Source: Chiloscyllium plagiosum
Lineage: Eukaryota
Direction of reading: 5' to 3'
Length of the DNA: 64,000 nt
Assembly (NCBI RefSeq): GCF_004010195.1
Contig: NC_057728.1
Location: 41,498,179-41,562,178 of the forward strand
Below are positions 12,530 through 27,109 of the stretch, piece after piece. A model generated the notes under the pieces. That model was not told the DNA's origin, searched no databases, and was given only the letters and a program-made list of their open reading frames with translations. Each line of letters starts with the position of its first letter. Within the stretch, counting starts at the first letter, position 1. Made by a program: the position numbers and the translations under genes.

Positions 12530-13240
12530 CCATCAATTGACAAGATTTTTGGCTGGTCTGATTATGTAAGAACTTAGATGAGATATTTCATAATGTTCAG
12601 CAGAGATACATTCCATGAGAATAAAGTGCACTAGGACACCCAATGAATGAAGTCAAAAGGTAGTATCAAATTGAAAGAAAGAGCATACAATTCTGTAAAG
12701 ATTAGTTACAGGTCAAAGGTTGGACAGACCATAAAAAGCAACAAAGAATGACAAAGTAAGGAGGGCAAATTTAAAGCAAGAATTTAAAGCTATTTCCACT
12801 GTTGAAATACAAATAAAATTCTAGAAACGATCAAAGGAAAAGCCAAACATTTTTCATAGTGAAAATGCTAGAATCAATTATTAAGAAGGTTGTAGCAAAG
12901 CACTTAGACAATCTTAATGCAATCAGACAAAGTTAACATGATTTTATAAAAGGGAAATCATGTTTTACTAATTTATTACAAAACTTTTAAGAAATAGCAT
13001 GCAACTTGAAGAAGGGGGAACAATGTGACTTAAAAACATTTGACAGGGTACAACATCAAAATGTTAGTAAACACAATAAGTATGGATAGTGAATTGATTT
13101 TCACCAGGAAATGGGGAGTAGGGATAATTAGGTAACTTTCATGCTTGCAATATGTAATTAATAGAGTGCACAAGGATCAGTGCTTGGGGCTCAACTATTT
13201 GCAATCTAGATTAACGACTTGAATTAAAGGACAGAAGTAA
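12530..13240 (+). mobile_element. Highly degraded CR1 LINE
   Basis: Remnants of the QHGF-KGKSCLTNL and GVPQGSVLG motifs (aaagggaaatcatgttttactaattta; gagtgcacaaggatcagtgcttggg). Confidence 0.65.
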
Positions 13241-14454
13241 GAGGCCAGGATTGAAGGAGTGCAAAGATCCTGGAAGGTTTTAATTCTGGAGAAGTTTAAA
13301 AAATAAGGAGTGCTGAGATGAAAGAAATATTTGAAAAGCAAAATGAGAGTTCGAAATTAAATTGTAGCCAAATCAGAAGCCAATCCAAGTGAGCAAACAC
13401 AGAGGAGGGGAGAATGGGTGAACTGGACATGGAACAGAATCTTATCACAAGATTCTGTCCTGCCACTGGAAGAGGGAAACAAGCTAGGTGGAGGAATTGT
13501 GCGAGTGGTGAAAAGTCATATTCTGCCAGCAGAATGAGTGTTTGCAATTAATTTCTTGGAATTTTAATGGAAGGCGAGCTTCCTTACAGCAAACATTGGA
13601 GAGTGACCATTTACATGTCGCGCATAATCATTAAAAGGTCAGTTTGCCAGAACTAAATTCCACTTCGCAATAAAGTTCTTTATGAGTGACTAACATGTGT
13701 CTTCAAATCACTGACTGCAGATAAAGGGCATGCAGCAGACAAGATGCAGTACTTGCTATACTTTGAAGTGAGTTTTGTCTTCTCTGGTGAATGTTCATTC
13801 ATGTCTTGCAATGATTGAGTTTGGATGGTAGCTGTCACGTTACATAAAGCTCAGAGGTTGATAGAGATTGGAGTGTAATGATCATGGATCAAGGAGGCTG
13901 GCTAAGGGTGTAAATCTGCTGGCCAAGAGAGGCTGACTGACTGTGGAAATGTGGAAGATCCAGAAGGTTTAACTGCTGGCATCCACTCAGAACATAAGTC
14001 ATACTCCAGGTTCGCAATAATTGAATGCCCTTCTTTAAATATGGTGCCAGGATCTTCAACCCTTTAAAGGTAAAGGTGGGAATGCAATTCCAACTCTGTA
14101 CAGGAAGATTCCGTCAATATTTCAGTTAAGATGTGGGCAACAGGGTTTGGATGAGTTGAACTGTATAGAGAGTAAAAGGTGTGAAGCCAGTTAGGAGTGT
14201 ATTTCAATAGCCAAGTCGAGAGGCAACAAACATTTTCTGGGTTAGAGAATTCTAATGATTCACAAGTTTGAGTGGAGAAATTTCTCAGAATCAGTCCTAA
14301 ATAACTGATCTCTTACTCTGAAACTGCGCCCTCTTGCCAAGTAACTCAATAATTTTATGTGCTCTTCTTTTAATTCTGCTAAACTTCAGGCAATATAAAG
14401 CTAGTCTATCTAGCCACTCCTCATAGATTCAGTCTTCTCGGAACTAGTCTAGTG

Positions 14455-15050
14455 AAACAGAAATGCTGGAAATCTCCACCAGGCCCAGCAGCATCTGCAT
14501 AGTTAATGTTTCATGGTGATAATCTCTCATCACAACTGGCAAAAGTTAGTGATTTAGTATGTTTTAAGCAAGGAGTGGGCAGGACAAAGAAAAAGTAAGA
14601 ACTGTGATTAGGTGGAATCTAGAAGAGATTAAGTGACGAAGTTTTGCATTATAGAGCCAGAGGGAATGATAATGGGGCAAGAGACAAAACAAAGGATTTA
14701 AAGATGGAGAGGAATGCTGCAATCAAAAATGAAAAGTAAAGGAAAACTGAAACATTAAAAGGAAACAAATAGAATGGGGGTGTTGTTTAAGTCTGAAACG
14801 GTTGAATTTATGAAGTTGTACTGTGCCAAATCCAATGAAGAGCTGGCGTTGCTTACATTGAATTTCATTGACATCTCTGTCCTTGCTCTACTGCACAGTT
14901 TGATAGCCACATGCTTCCAGTTGATTAACTGGTCTGCCCTTAGGGAATGGGATGTCAAATCCCAGAATCTCAAAAGAAATACCCCACGCACCCATCTGAC
15001 ATTGCATTGCATCTAATAGAATGCATTCAACACACTACAAACTTACGACA
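14455..15050 (-). mobile_element. Old Penelope-like fragment
   Basis: Terminus gaaatgctggaaat...gcagcatctg with a decayed hammerhead at ~14500-14537. Confidence 0.5.
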
Positions 15051-15975
15051 ATCCCAATTCTTGATGGAGCACCTCCAGCAAGATGACAACATAATCAAGG
15101 TGTGAAGTCCCATGTTTCAATCTTCCAAAGAAAGCCGAGATAAGGCTCAACAGCTTGAGTCTGGACCAGGGATGATGTGATCACTTGCTCCACAAGTGCA
15201 ACATGATGAAGAACTCAAATTGTGATTGTCACCATCTAAGTCAGACCATTGGACACATATGGAACTTCTGCCCAGTAAGAGTCGTTTTTAGTGGTATCAC
15301 AAGTTTTCATACTAAAATGGATTTTTAACCTAAGCATTGAACCATAAATGTTTTCCCAGCCATACAAAGAAAAAAAAAGTAGGACATCAGCTGCTGAACC
15401 CACCTTGCATCTTAATGAAAGAGTTATCTTCCAACACCATCATTCTCCATTACCAGTAACGATTGTATATTGATGTGATGTAATTTACTGTATGTTAACC
15501 CAAATACCATTTCAGCCTGCATCCTTTAACAAAGGATAAAATTGACAGCCACAGGTCATCAGATACATTAGGGATATTTAAGTGACTCTTGGATAGGCAC
15601 ATGGAAGTTAGTACAATGAAAGATATGGAGGTTCATCTGATCTTAGAGTAGGATAAAAGGCAGGCACACCATTCCCAAAGGGCTGTACGGTACTGTACTG
15701 TTCTGAGTTCTATGTTACTGTCTGGATAACTACATACTGCATATGTTCAGAAAAAAATTTGCTAATCTAAATAACCTTACCTGTATGCAGAGATCAGTTG
15801 GTTCCACTATTTCATTTCCTCAGTTCGACACTAAAACATCTAGGAAGTCATCACTTCTTATTTGCACAAACTCTCTCTGATGACTGAAACCTGTTACTAC
15901 AGGCCTGTAAACTTTAAAGACACAGACACATACACACAGAAATGAGGAACAGGAGTAGGCCATTCAGCCCTTCAG

Positions 15976-17230
15976 GATTAGGAATCGTCAACATGGCCTT
16001 GCGCATGAGAAATCGTCTCACCAACTTGATGGAGTTCTTTGAAGAAGTGACAAAGAAGAATGAAGGCAGATGGTAGACGTTGTATATACAGACTTCAGCC
16101 AGGTGTTTGACCAGGTTCTGCATGGTAGACTAGTTAGCAAGGTTAGATTACATGGAATCCAAGAGGATCTAGCCAATTGTATACAAAATTGGCTTGAAGG
16201 TAGGAGACAGAGTGGTGGTAGAGGGTTGTTTTTTGCACTGGAGGCCTATGACTGGCCATGTGCTGCAAGGATTGGTTTGGGGTCCACTGCTTTTCATCAT
16301 TTATATAAAAGATTTGGATGTGAATATTGAAGATATGGTTAGTATGTTTGCAGATAACACCAAAATGGTGGTATAGTGGACATTGAAGATGGTTATCTCA
16401 GAGTGCAATGGGACCTTGATCAGATAGGCCAATGACCAAGGTGTGGCAGATAGAGTTTAATTTAGAGGAATGTGTGATGTTGCATTTTAGTAAGGCAAAC
16501 CAAGTCAGGACTTATACAATAAATATAAAATGGTGAGTGTTGCTGAACAAAGAGACCTAGGCGTGCAGGTGCATAGATCCTTGAAAGTGGAGTCAGAGGT
16601 AGACAGAGTCGTGAAGAAGACAATTGGCATGTTTGCTTTCATTAGTCAATGTATTGAGTGTAGGAGGTGGGATATCCTGTTGCGGCTGTACAGCCACTTT
16701 CAGAATACTGCATGCTATTCTGGACTCCCTGCTAAAGGAAAGGTGTGGTTTAACTTGAAAGGAGATCAGAAATATTGATAAGAATGTTGTCAGGACTGGA
16801 GAGTTGGCTATCGGGACAAGCTGAAGAGGCTAGGGAATTTTTCCCTGGAGCATTGGAGGCGGAAAGGTGACAGTATTGAGGTTTAGAAAATCGTAGATTC
16901 AGGGCATGAATAAAGAGAATAGCCAAGGTCTTTTCCCCAATGTAGGGGAATTCAAAACTAAAGGCCATAAGTTTAAGGTGAGAGGGGCAAGATATAACAG
17001 GAACCTGAGGGTCAACTTTTTCATGCAGAGGGTGATGTATGCATGGAACGAGCTATCAGAGGAAGTGGTGGAGGTGGGCACAATTACAACATTTAAAAGG
17101 CATCTTGATGAGTACATGAATAGGAAGGATTTGGGCCAAATGCGACTAGATTAGTTTAAGATATCTTGTTGGCACAGACAGGTTTGACTAGAGGGTCTGT
17201 TCCTGTGCTGTATAGAGCTCTATGACTCTA
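15976..17230 (+). mobile_element. HER1/CR1 LINE 3' portion nested in an older minus-strand CR1 tail (15935-15975, 17231-17530)
   Basis: VDVVYTDFSQVFDQVLHGRL, GPLLFIIYIKDL, FADNTK, EQRDLGVQVH, NFFMQRVMYAWNEL; tail tatgactcta. Confidence 0.9.
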
Positions 17231-17599
17231 CAACTGCTCCGCTATTCAACATGCTCATGGCAGATCATCTGATTCAGTACCCTATTCCTGATTTCACTCC
17301 ACACCATTTATCTCTAGCCCTCAGAACTATATTTACCTCCTTTTGAAAATATTCAATGTTTTAGTTTCAAATGCTTTTTGTGTCTGAGAAATCCACAGGC
17401 ACACCACTCTCTGAGTGAAGACATTTCTTCTCATCTCGGTCCTTAATGGTACAGCCCATATCCCTACATTGTGACCTTGGGTTCGAGTTTCCCTGTTCAT
17501 TGGAAACATCCCTTCCTGCATTTACTCTGTTATACACAGCCACAAAAACTATTATAGTCATGAAAGGAGCTACAGCAGTAAAAAGAAAAATAATACACA

Positions 17600-19050
17600 A
17601 GATGAAGAAGAATAAAACAAAAGAGCAGAACCTTCAACAATGTAAAAGAAAGGAACAAATAAGCCTTGAACTCTACTTCAACAAAGAAATTCATCAATCT
17701 TCAACAAGAGATGGAAGGCAAACTTTTAATTATGGATTGTATAGTGAATGCCAAGTTCACTGAATTACTGCTACTGAAGCAACATCAGAAATAAATAAAA
17801 GAGCTCTGAAATTCTTACTTCCTTAAGCAAGGAGGGTCTTCACAGAATAAATGCAGTTGGTCTTTCTCCAAGTAATTAAAAAGATCCAGAGAAGATCTTG
17901 AGGTTAGTTAAAGACCAGTTCAAGGTACATATCAACTTCTGGATTAAAGACTCCAACCCTGTCATACAGACAGAAACCCCAAGAGTCTATTGATGACTTT
18001 GTTACAAGTTGCTGCAGCAAAGGATATGCATGTGATTTCTTGGAAGAATAACTCTCAGAGTGGCTCATCGAATTGATAATCACCTCTACATTGATTAACA
18101 TCTACAGGAAAGAACATCTGGACAAGGGTCCATGTCTTTGATATATTACTGCAAGATGGATGCCTATGAGGTCAGAGTGGTAGGCCAACATCAATTACAT
18201 GCCCTAAGTACAAAAACACTTGCTAGTCAGTAAAGTTCACCAAACTGGCAAGGTCTGTCATAGGTGCAGTTTGTCACAACTCCCAATAGTTGTGAAGCAT
18301 TCTTTCACATCTGCAAAGCATGTGGCATGAAAAGACTTTGGGTATGCATGTGCAGAATATCTGGTTACAAACACCAACCCATACAACAGAATAAAACCTA
18401 GGTGACCTACAAGACGGTACAACATTGGTACCAAGTAAAGTACAAAAACACGTACATACCGACAGAGTGTACAGCCATTAAAGTGAAAAGCAAACTTTGG
18501 AAAGTGACCAAGCTTTTATCACTGCCAACTTCATACACCATGTTGATGATATAAAGTGAGTGGACCAATAATTTTCCATTGCTAGCAAAAGAACTTTCAT
18601 ATGTCCCCAAAAGGCAGATTAACATACACTGAAAGCCAAAATTAATACAGGCACTAGTGCAAATGTACTTATCCCAATCTACATGCACCTAACAAATGGT
18701 ATTCTGTGATATAACCTATAAAAGAGCATCGTACAGCATGTAACAAATTACCGATCCATGCAATGGCACAATCACTCTGTAGTGCCGACATGCAAGTTCA
18801 ATTTGGATGCCTGAAATTCTCTACCTGGTAGATACCAATAGTCCAGCAGTAGCAGCACTAGCAGTATGTTCAGATCCTAGTACAGTTACCATTCATGAGA
18901 TTCAAACCGCAGTGGTGGAAATTAAAACCAGGGTGGTGGGAATTAAAGAAGTACAGGAGTTATTTCTTCAAGATCAGAGGAGAATAAACAAGATATACCA
19001 TCAATAACCAGGTAGAGAATGATCTTAGTCACACGCCGGGCAGAGAGTGT
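17600..19050 (+). mobile_element. Very old Gypsy-type gag/protease remnant
   Basis: LKAKINTGTSANVL at 18629-18670 (decayed DTG aspartic protease motif) and a Cys-knuckle-like stretch at ~18290-18360. Confidence 0.55.
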
Positions 19051-20481
19051 GAATCACAATCATAGATATCTGCCTTCCAGCAAAGATATCCAAAACATAC
19101 TTCCAGCCCAGATTAAATGAAGTCATAGTGCTATCATGTGGACATACAAAAGCCAGCTCAGACCAATATACTTTGTCCTGGTAACACTTTGCCAAATCAC
19201 AGCTGTCCTGAATCTTTAATAAATTGTCATTTTTTAAACAATTGTGGCCTCATGTACTTTTTTTGAGAGAGAATGAACTGACAATCATTTCTCCACTGTG
19301 GTTGCCATGCTTCAGTGTAATTGTAGTACTTGATCTTGGTTGTTAGATGTGAAACTTCACTCTGAACCCAGACAGATGATGGGTGACTGCTAGAAAAAGT
19401 ACTTTCCACAATTTGCTGCTGTTTTCATCCTTCAGTACTATTATGGCTAGATTCTAGTGCCCACTTACACCATCATGATGTGATATGCTTTGTTTGTTCA
19501 CATTTCACATACCATGGAGATTCAAGTTCTTGTTGAGAGAGATATCTGGAAAGTAATTAACAATGATGTACACACTAATATGAGATCTCAGAATTACACA
19601 CAGCCTGGATTCTTGAGTTACTCATTTTACCAATCCATTGACTAGCTTTTGGCTGTCTGTTTATGGATTGACAAACTGGCTGTTAGTCTAACTGTTGATT
19701 GTACAGAAAGTAAGTTGTAATTTACATGAGAACATTGCATGTTGTGAAGGCATCTAGCAGTCTGAAAGATGTGGTGCCTTTCTGATACCTGGGCAATAAC
19801 AGTACACATATCTGGGCTTCAAAAATGGCAAGTCAGTTCATATGTAGGAGCTTCTGCTTGATGATTTCTCCTTAGCAACATACTTTTGAAAGGCTACCAC
19901 TTTAGTCAAGGGCTTCGCAAAGTTCAGCAAAGCTATAATGAGATGCTGGTACAGCATGGAGCTTGTACACCTTTGGCAAATTCTCAAATCCTAATTGAAT
20001 GCTCATTCTTCCTTAACGAGCATCATTTCCTGCTTACTGTTTCTGGGTGGGCGATCATCCGCCTTGAGAAACCTGGCAAAATCTACAAAGCCAATTTAAT
20101 TTTGGGTGGCCATGCACCAGATTTACCAGGCTGCTTGTTGCCAAACTCACCTTTACCACTGAATCAAAACCCAGGCACACGACCTCTGTAAAGCCCATGG
20201 ATGTAGGTCATATCCAGAGGATTGGATTTCTCCTTAAACTGAATTCTTCAACTGACATTGGAGTTCAGTTTTTCAATTGTTTAGCTTTCTATGTAAATTA
20301 TATCTGTAACATGGTGAGATCATACCATTGCACCCTACATTTTTGTATTTCTCTCAAGCAGTGGTAATATGCCTTTACTCACTTCCTCCCAGAAGGAGTA
20401 ACTGAGATAAAGAATACACCACATCTTGCAAACTATTAGAGTTAATATCACTCAATTGATACTTGACATGTAGATATAATG

Positions 20482-20597
20482 GGGATCAAAACATGTGGTG
20501 CTGGAAAAGCAGGTCAGGCAGCATCCGAGGAGCAGGAGTGTCGACGTTTCAGGCATAAGCCCTTCATCAGAAATGCATCTGTAGGCCTCACTTTCTT
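20482..20597. mobile_element. Penelope-derived mini insert with a minus-strand hammerhead motif and probable 15-bp TSD
   Basis: Minus: CTGATGA a gggc ttat gcct GAA ACGT C at ~20544-20571. catgtagatataatg (20467-20481) vs catttggatataatg (20598-20612). Confidence 0.75.
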
Positions 20598-21279
20598 CAT
20601 TTGGATATAATGACCTATATTTCACACTTTGAATAACATTAGGGCTATTAGCATCATCATTATGGAAGCTAGTCAGCACCTTCGAGCATCTGCAAGCATG
20701 CAATTAAATGTGGGAATCTAGAAGTTGCTGTCTAATTAGCCCTCTACTCCTTAAGCTGCACTATACTGGTTGTTCAGCAATAATCTCAATGGAGAAATAC
20801 ACAAAGTGTTTAATCTTTCCAATTATACACAGAAAAAAACATTATGGCTGATGCACACAGAGGTAATTTTTTTCTCGAATGGCACAACAGGTCATGATTA
20901 CATTCAAATAATCTCTCTGGTACTGAAATCTTACCTTTACAAATGTGGAGTTTATTTCTTTGATATATTATTATTGTTCATGATTTTAAAAAATTAAACT
21001 AACATTTATTTAACCTTTCCTTTGCCTCACTCTAAATCCCATCTTTGTTTTCTTCTTCATTTTGTCTTCTGCTCAGAATGTTCTACTTGATACTGCCTAG
21101 TTTAAAGTTGCTGAAGCCCTACTGGAGCAATGGAAGCCAAAAAACTAGCAGAGAATTGCTTTGGCATGGCTCCCTCTTTCTAGGGTCCAGTCCAAGCAAT
21201 TATCTGGTAACTGTAAGATGCTTGGCCATTGAATCCACTTTGTCATTCAATGAGAAACCAGGTGCCTGCTTCTTTCAGC

Positions 21280-21620
21280 GAGTTAGCACTGCTTTCTCAC
21301 AGCACCAGAGACTTGGATTCAATTCTAGCTTTGGGTGACTGTGTGGAGTTTGCATGTTCTCTAGGTGCTGCGTGGGTTTCCTCTGGATGCTCCAGTTTCC
21401 TCCCACTGTCCAAAGATGTGCAGCTTGGGTGGATTAGTCATGCTAAATTACCCTGTAGTGTTTGCAGAGATGTGCAAATTAGGTGGATTAGCAAATATGT
21501 GCAGAGTTACAGGGATAGGGTGGTGATATTGGTCTAGATGGGATGCCCTTCAGAGGGTTGGTGCAGACTTGATGGGCTGAATGGCCTTCTTCTGCATGGT
21601 AAGGATCCTGTGATTCTATG
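21280..21620 (+). mobile_element. HE1-type SINE (degraded)
   Basis: V-domain and tail gggctgaatggcctt...gattctatg. Confidence 0.8.
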
Positions 21621-22069
21621 AGGTAGTCGACTTGGAAATCAAGGCCCTGTTTAGGGACCATGTTGCACTGATGTGGATAATTTCCTGACATGGTTTGACC
21701 CCAAACCACCAACGATTTGAGGCTGCCAGCTCAATCAAGCCAGCCTCCCAGTGACAGGCTGGGGGTGGGGTCAAAATGGAAAAGCATTCTCCCGGGCTCA
21801 ATGACAGGCCTAACAACATAAAAGACTGCAAGTGGGGGAGATTCCTCTCCAAGTTGTTCATCTATTAACTTCTAGGCTCTTTGATCAATACCTCAACCTA
21901 AACATTGAGTTACCCTTGCTTGTCTGTCTTGGTAGCGCTCATCTCTTCCATTGGGGTTGCCAGTCTGATATTACTGTGGGTCTCTAATTGGACTTGCAGG
22001 CTTGCGAACCCTCTCTGCATCCTCAGTAAGAAATTGAGAGTTGAGGGCAACTAGAAGATCACAGTGCCT

Positions 22070-22500
22070 TAAGTACAGGAGCTGGGAGGTCATATTGCGG
22101 CTGTACAGGGCATTGGTTAGGCCACTTTTGGAATACTGTATGCAATTCTGGTCTCCCTGCAATAGGACGGATGTTGTGAAACTTGAAAGGATTCAGAAAA
22201 GATTTACAAGTATGTTACCAGGGTTGGAGGGTTTGAGCATTAGGGAGAGGCCGAGTAGGCAGGGGCTATTTTCCTTGGAGCATCGAAGGCTGAGGGGTGA
22301 CCTTATAGAGGTTTATAAAATCATGAGGGGCATGGATAGGATAAATAGACAAGCTCTTTTCCCCAGGGTTGGGGAGTCCAAAACTAGAGGGCATAGGTTT
22401 AAAGGAGAGAGAGTAAAGATTTAAAAGGGACCTAAGTGCAACGTTTTGAGTTGCACCGAAGAGTCTGTTCCAATCTATACATCTCTATGACCTCCATAAT
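22070..22500 (+). mobile_element. HER1/CR1 LINE 3' fragment
   Basis: YRSWEVILRLYRALVRPLLEYC...RLRGDLIEVYKIMRG. Confidence 0.9.
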
Positions 22501-23094
22501 ATTGTTGAGGCAGAAGAACTGTTGAGGTGGGCAGAATCCTCTGTAGCCTGTGCACACCAGAAAACTTAGCCCTATGTGTCTCAATGAGGATGCCACAATC
22601 CATTTCACTGAACTATATACTTATGTTATAATTAGGTTATACCATTATCACATCACAAATCCCCTGTAGAGGGCACTGTGTTGAAAAAGATCAACAATTA
22701 CTGTATGATTTTGCTGAAAAGACAACATAATGTCTGCAAGTCTTATTCCCTCACCACACAATCTGATAATCCAACCTGCGTCCTTCTGAAGAAGCACTGA
22801 CATCACTTGTGCTTCTGTCTGGATGGGTTAATAGAATTCAAGCTTCTTTATGAAAGAAAATCATAGAAAATGAATTTCCATCGTTGTTTTGACCAGTAAA
22901 ATTCAAGCTATAATTTTGAAATGCCAAGCTCTGGTATTACATAGATGCGCTCTCTTATAAGACAACTCATCTTACAGCTATATGGTATAGGGATTTTGTT
23001 TTCATGACTGCTTTATAGGTATGTAGTTAGCCCATGCTCCACCTATTCTTTAAGCTTGATATCATTGGGTATATCAAGAGAAGCCATCTTTAAA

Positions 23095-25800
23095 AATGCA
23101 TTTACGAGAGATGGATATTGCTGGTTAGGCAAGGTGGTGATGAGCTGCCTTCTCAAGCTACTGCAGTTCATCAAGTGTTTGACACCCTCAATGCTGTTTG
23201 GAAGTTCCAGGATTTTGATCCAGCAACAGTGAAGGAATGATATAGTGCTACAATTCCAAGACAGGATGGTGAGTGGCTTGGATGGTACTTGTCAGGTGAT
23301 GGTGGGTGTTCCCATATATTTGCCTGCTTTGTCCATCGAGGTGGCAGAGGTCATGGTTTTGACCATTGCGGTCAGAGTCACTGTTGTGCATCTTGAAGAC
23401 AAGGTCTAAATATTCACCACCAGTAAAACCTCCTCGGATTTTGAAGCAGTCTGTGTCCACGTCAACAAGATCTACACAACACCTAAGTTTAAACTGCTGC
23501 TACTATGTGGTTGGCGGTGAATAGAATGAATTTTGAAAATGGCAAATAGGGTGCTTATCAAATGGGCTGTTTGTGATCTGGATTGCATCAAATGTCTTGA
23601 ATGTTATTGGAGTTGCACCTGTCCAGGAAAATGGAGGATATTTCATCACACACCTGACTTGTGCCTTTTAGATGGTGGGCAGGTATTTGGGAGACAGATG
23701 GTTAACTATGTAGCACAGAAATCACAGGCACTGACCTGTTCTGATCGATGGAGTATTTAGCTGGCTGGTCCAAAACAAATTCTGGTCAATAACTCCCAAG
23801 ATATTGACTGTGGGATTCAGAGATGATAATGCCGTTGAACAATTAGCTAATAATAGAGAATAATGGAGAAAATGGTTAGATTCTCTATTACTGGAGACCG
23901 TTAAATGGTACTTCTGTGGTGCAAATGTTACTTGCTACTTTTCAGTCCAAAATTGAATTTTCTCCAGATCTGTTGCAAATGGACACGGACTGCTTCAAAA
24001 TCCGAGGTGGTTTTACTGGTGGTGAGCATTGTACTATCAGTGAGCAGCCTCACTTCTAACTTTATGATGGAAGAAAGGTCATCAATAAGAAAGCTGAAGA
24101 TAACTGGGCCCAAGACACTCTCATGAGGATTCCTACAGCAATGTCCTGGAGCTGAGAATAACTTCCGACAACCATAACCATCTTTCTTTGTGCTAGGTAT
24201 GACTTTAACCAATGGAGAGTGCAAACTAAGCATCAGTAAGTAGATCATCCCTTTGCAAATACCACTTAATGTCATCTTTGATGACCCTTCCCATCACTTT
24301 GCTGACGTTCAAGAGGAGACTGATGGTATGATAATTGGTACAAAAGACTTTGTCCTAGATCTTGTGTTCAGGGCATACCTGACTATTTTGCAGTGTCATG
24401 TAGATGCCAGTGTTGGAACTGTACTGGAACAGTTTGGCTAAGGGCATGTCTAGTTCTGGAGCACATGCATTCAGTACTCCTGCCAGAAAGTTGGCAGAGC
24501 CCATCATCTTTTTAGTATCTTGTGCTTTCAGCGTCGTGTGAAGTGAATGTAATTGTACAAAAACTGGCAACTGTAATGCTGAGGACCTCAGGACAATGCC
24601 AAGGTTGATCATTCACTTAGCCTTTCTGGCTGAAGATTGATGCAACTGGCTCAGCCTCATGATTTGCATGGATCTGGTAAGCTCCCCAACCATTTGGGTG
24701 GGAGACTTTTCTGGAGAATCCTTCTTTTAACTGTTCACCACCATTCACAATTGGATGTGGCAGTACTACAGAGTTCAGATCTGATCTATTTGTAATAGAA
24801 TTATTGAGCACTTGCTGCTTATGCTATTGGCAGCAAATAGTCCTGTTTTTCAGCTACACCAAGTTTTTTTTAGATTACATTACAGTGTGAAAACAGGCCC
24901 TTCGGCCCAACAAGTCCACACCGCCCCGCTGAAGCGCAACCCACTCATGCCCCTCCATTTACCCCTTACCTAACACTACGGGCAATTTAGCATGGCCAAT
25001 TCACCTGACCTGCACATTTTTGGACTGTGGGAGGAAACCGGAGCACCCGGAGGAAACCCACGCAGACACGGGGAGAATGTGCAAACTCCACCCAGACAGT
25101 TGCCTGAGGCGGGAATTGAACCTGGGTCCCCAGTGCATCAGGTAACAGTGCTAACCACTGAGCCACTATGCAGTTGCATACATTTTGTTGGTGTATGATT
25201 TTGCTGCTGATAGCCCACAATGCTTCATGGATGTCAGGTTTAGAGCGGTTAGATCTGTTCAAAGTCTTTCTCAGTTAGCATGGTGGTAGTGCTACACAGC
25301 ACGATGGAGGGCATTGTCAACGTAAATGCAGAACTTTAGCTCCACAATGACTATGTGGTGCTGCGAGAAGTAGATTGATAAAGGGGAGGTTAAATATGCT
25401 GATCGCTCCTGTTGGCTCCCTTACTCTCTGCTGTAGAACCAGCCTTCAGCAATGTCTTTTAGGGGTCAGCCAGTTCCATCAGTACTTGTGCTACTGAGTC
25501 TCTCTTGGTGATGAATATTAAGGTCCATTACCCAGAGCACATTCTGTGAACTTACCACCCTCAGAGCTTCCTCCAAATGGTGTTCAATAGGAGGTGCATT
25601 AGCTCGATAGCCAGTAAGTGGTCATCAGCAGGGGTTGTCCATGCCATATTTGAAACTTCATGGGTTCCAGAAGCAATGCTGAGGATCGCCAGCATAACTC
25701 CCTGCTGAGTGTATACCTCAGCGTCACCTTCTCCAGTAGGTCTGTTGGGCTGGTGGGTCAAGGATTGTGTTGTTTGTTCAGACATGTTAATTTGCATGAA
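23095..25800 (-). mobile_element. Degraded CR1/L2-clade LINE (second family), interrupted by an HE1 SINE
   Basis: SVLGPVIFSFLIDDL and CAPELDMPLAKLFQYSSNTGIY. The tail at ~23100-23160 is shared with the SINE-like elements at 3150, 26575 and 40590. Confidence 0.7.
24864..25170 (-). mobile_element. HE1-type SINE
   Basis: Near-identical to the 7204 copy in reverse orientation. Confidence 0.9.
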
Positions 25801-26406
25801 ATCAACCCTTAAAGACAATATTTGTCTACTTTCATTTGTTTGTTTAAAGTGCAATGGTTAGCAACATAGTTTTCTAAGCCATTTCTGAGGGCACTTGAGC
25901 AAACCGTATTACTGTACATTTGGAATCACAAGTAGACTAGATCAGGCAAGAATGGTAAATTTCCTTCCCAAATTATACTTTAGTGGACCAGCTGGGTTTT
26001 TATGACAATCAACAATAGTTATATTGTCAACATTAGACTAGCTTTTAATTTCAGATTTTATCAAATTGAAATTTTACCATCTGCTTTGGTGGGATTCCAA
26101 CTCATGCCCTCAGCCCGTGACTCTGGATTACGAACCCAGTGACACGGTCACTACACCACCACTTCCTCTCAGGAATGTAATCTGATAACAGCAATCCTTA
26201 CCCATTACAGGTTTTCCTTTAGGCATATTTAATAAGTGACTATATTATCCAGTCACCTTTTAATAGTATCAGAGTTACTTGTGCACTCAAACCCCACGTG
26301 AAAAGAAGGGACCCTAAGCTTCTTATCCTCACTGCAGCTGACTGACTCCCAGCCTTTGGGTCAGTAACATACGAGTGAGCTCATCTGCCTCCACCAGAGA
26401 ACTGTA

Positions 26407-26562
26407 CAGAACAATCTCGATTATCCAAATGAAATGGGTGGGGAGTATTTTGATCGGATAACTGAGTGTTCGGATAATGGACAGCATTTTTAGAGGGACC
26501 TTGAGATCTTGTTTGAATAATGCAAAATTCGGATAATTGATGTTCAGATAATCGAGGTTCTG
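26407..26562. mobile_element. Tc1/mariner (Tigger/pogo-like) MITE
   Basis: TA flanks; TIR cagaacaatctcgattatc / gataatcgaggttctg; internal ggataa repeats. Confidence 0.75.
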
Positions 26563-26574
26563 TATTGGTTTTCT

Positions 26575-26880
26575 GGGGCAGTATTATTGCTGGAGGAGTG
26601 TTAATCCAGAGACCCAGGTAATGTTCTGGTGACCCAAATCCTGCCACAGCTAATGATAGAATTTGAATTCAATAAAAATCTGGAGTTAAAAGTCTGATGA
26701 CAACTATGAAACCATTGTCAATTTGTGGAAAAACCCATCTGGTTCACTAATGTCCTTTAGGGAGGAAATTGTCATGCCTACCTGGTCTAAACCAACAGCA
26801 ACATGTTTGACTCTTAACTGTCCTATGGGATGGCAACAGCTGCTGCCTTAGTCAGCAACACCCTCATCCCATGAAGGAAA
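26575..26880 (+). mobile_element. tRNA-derived SINE (same family as 3150)
   Basis: Shared core catctggttcactaatgtcctttagggaggaaat. Confidence 0.6.
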
Positions 26881-27109
26881 AAGAAATTGTTTTCAGTAAA
26901 GCGGCCAAAGGCCTTTGCTACAGCAATGAAAAAAGGGGGTCTATTTATAGTCTGTCAATAGACAGAAGAATTTGATCAAGGTATTCCTATCTGCATGGCC
27001 AGATCTGTGTACTACTATGGTCTGAAAGCACTTGCACAGACAGTACTGGAATACAGCTGCTGCCTCAGCTGGTCTCTGGGTGAATCAAAGCACAGAAGCA
27101 GGAGTGGGT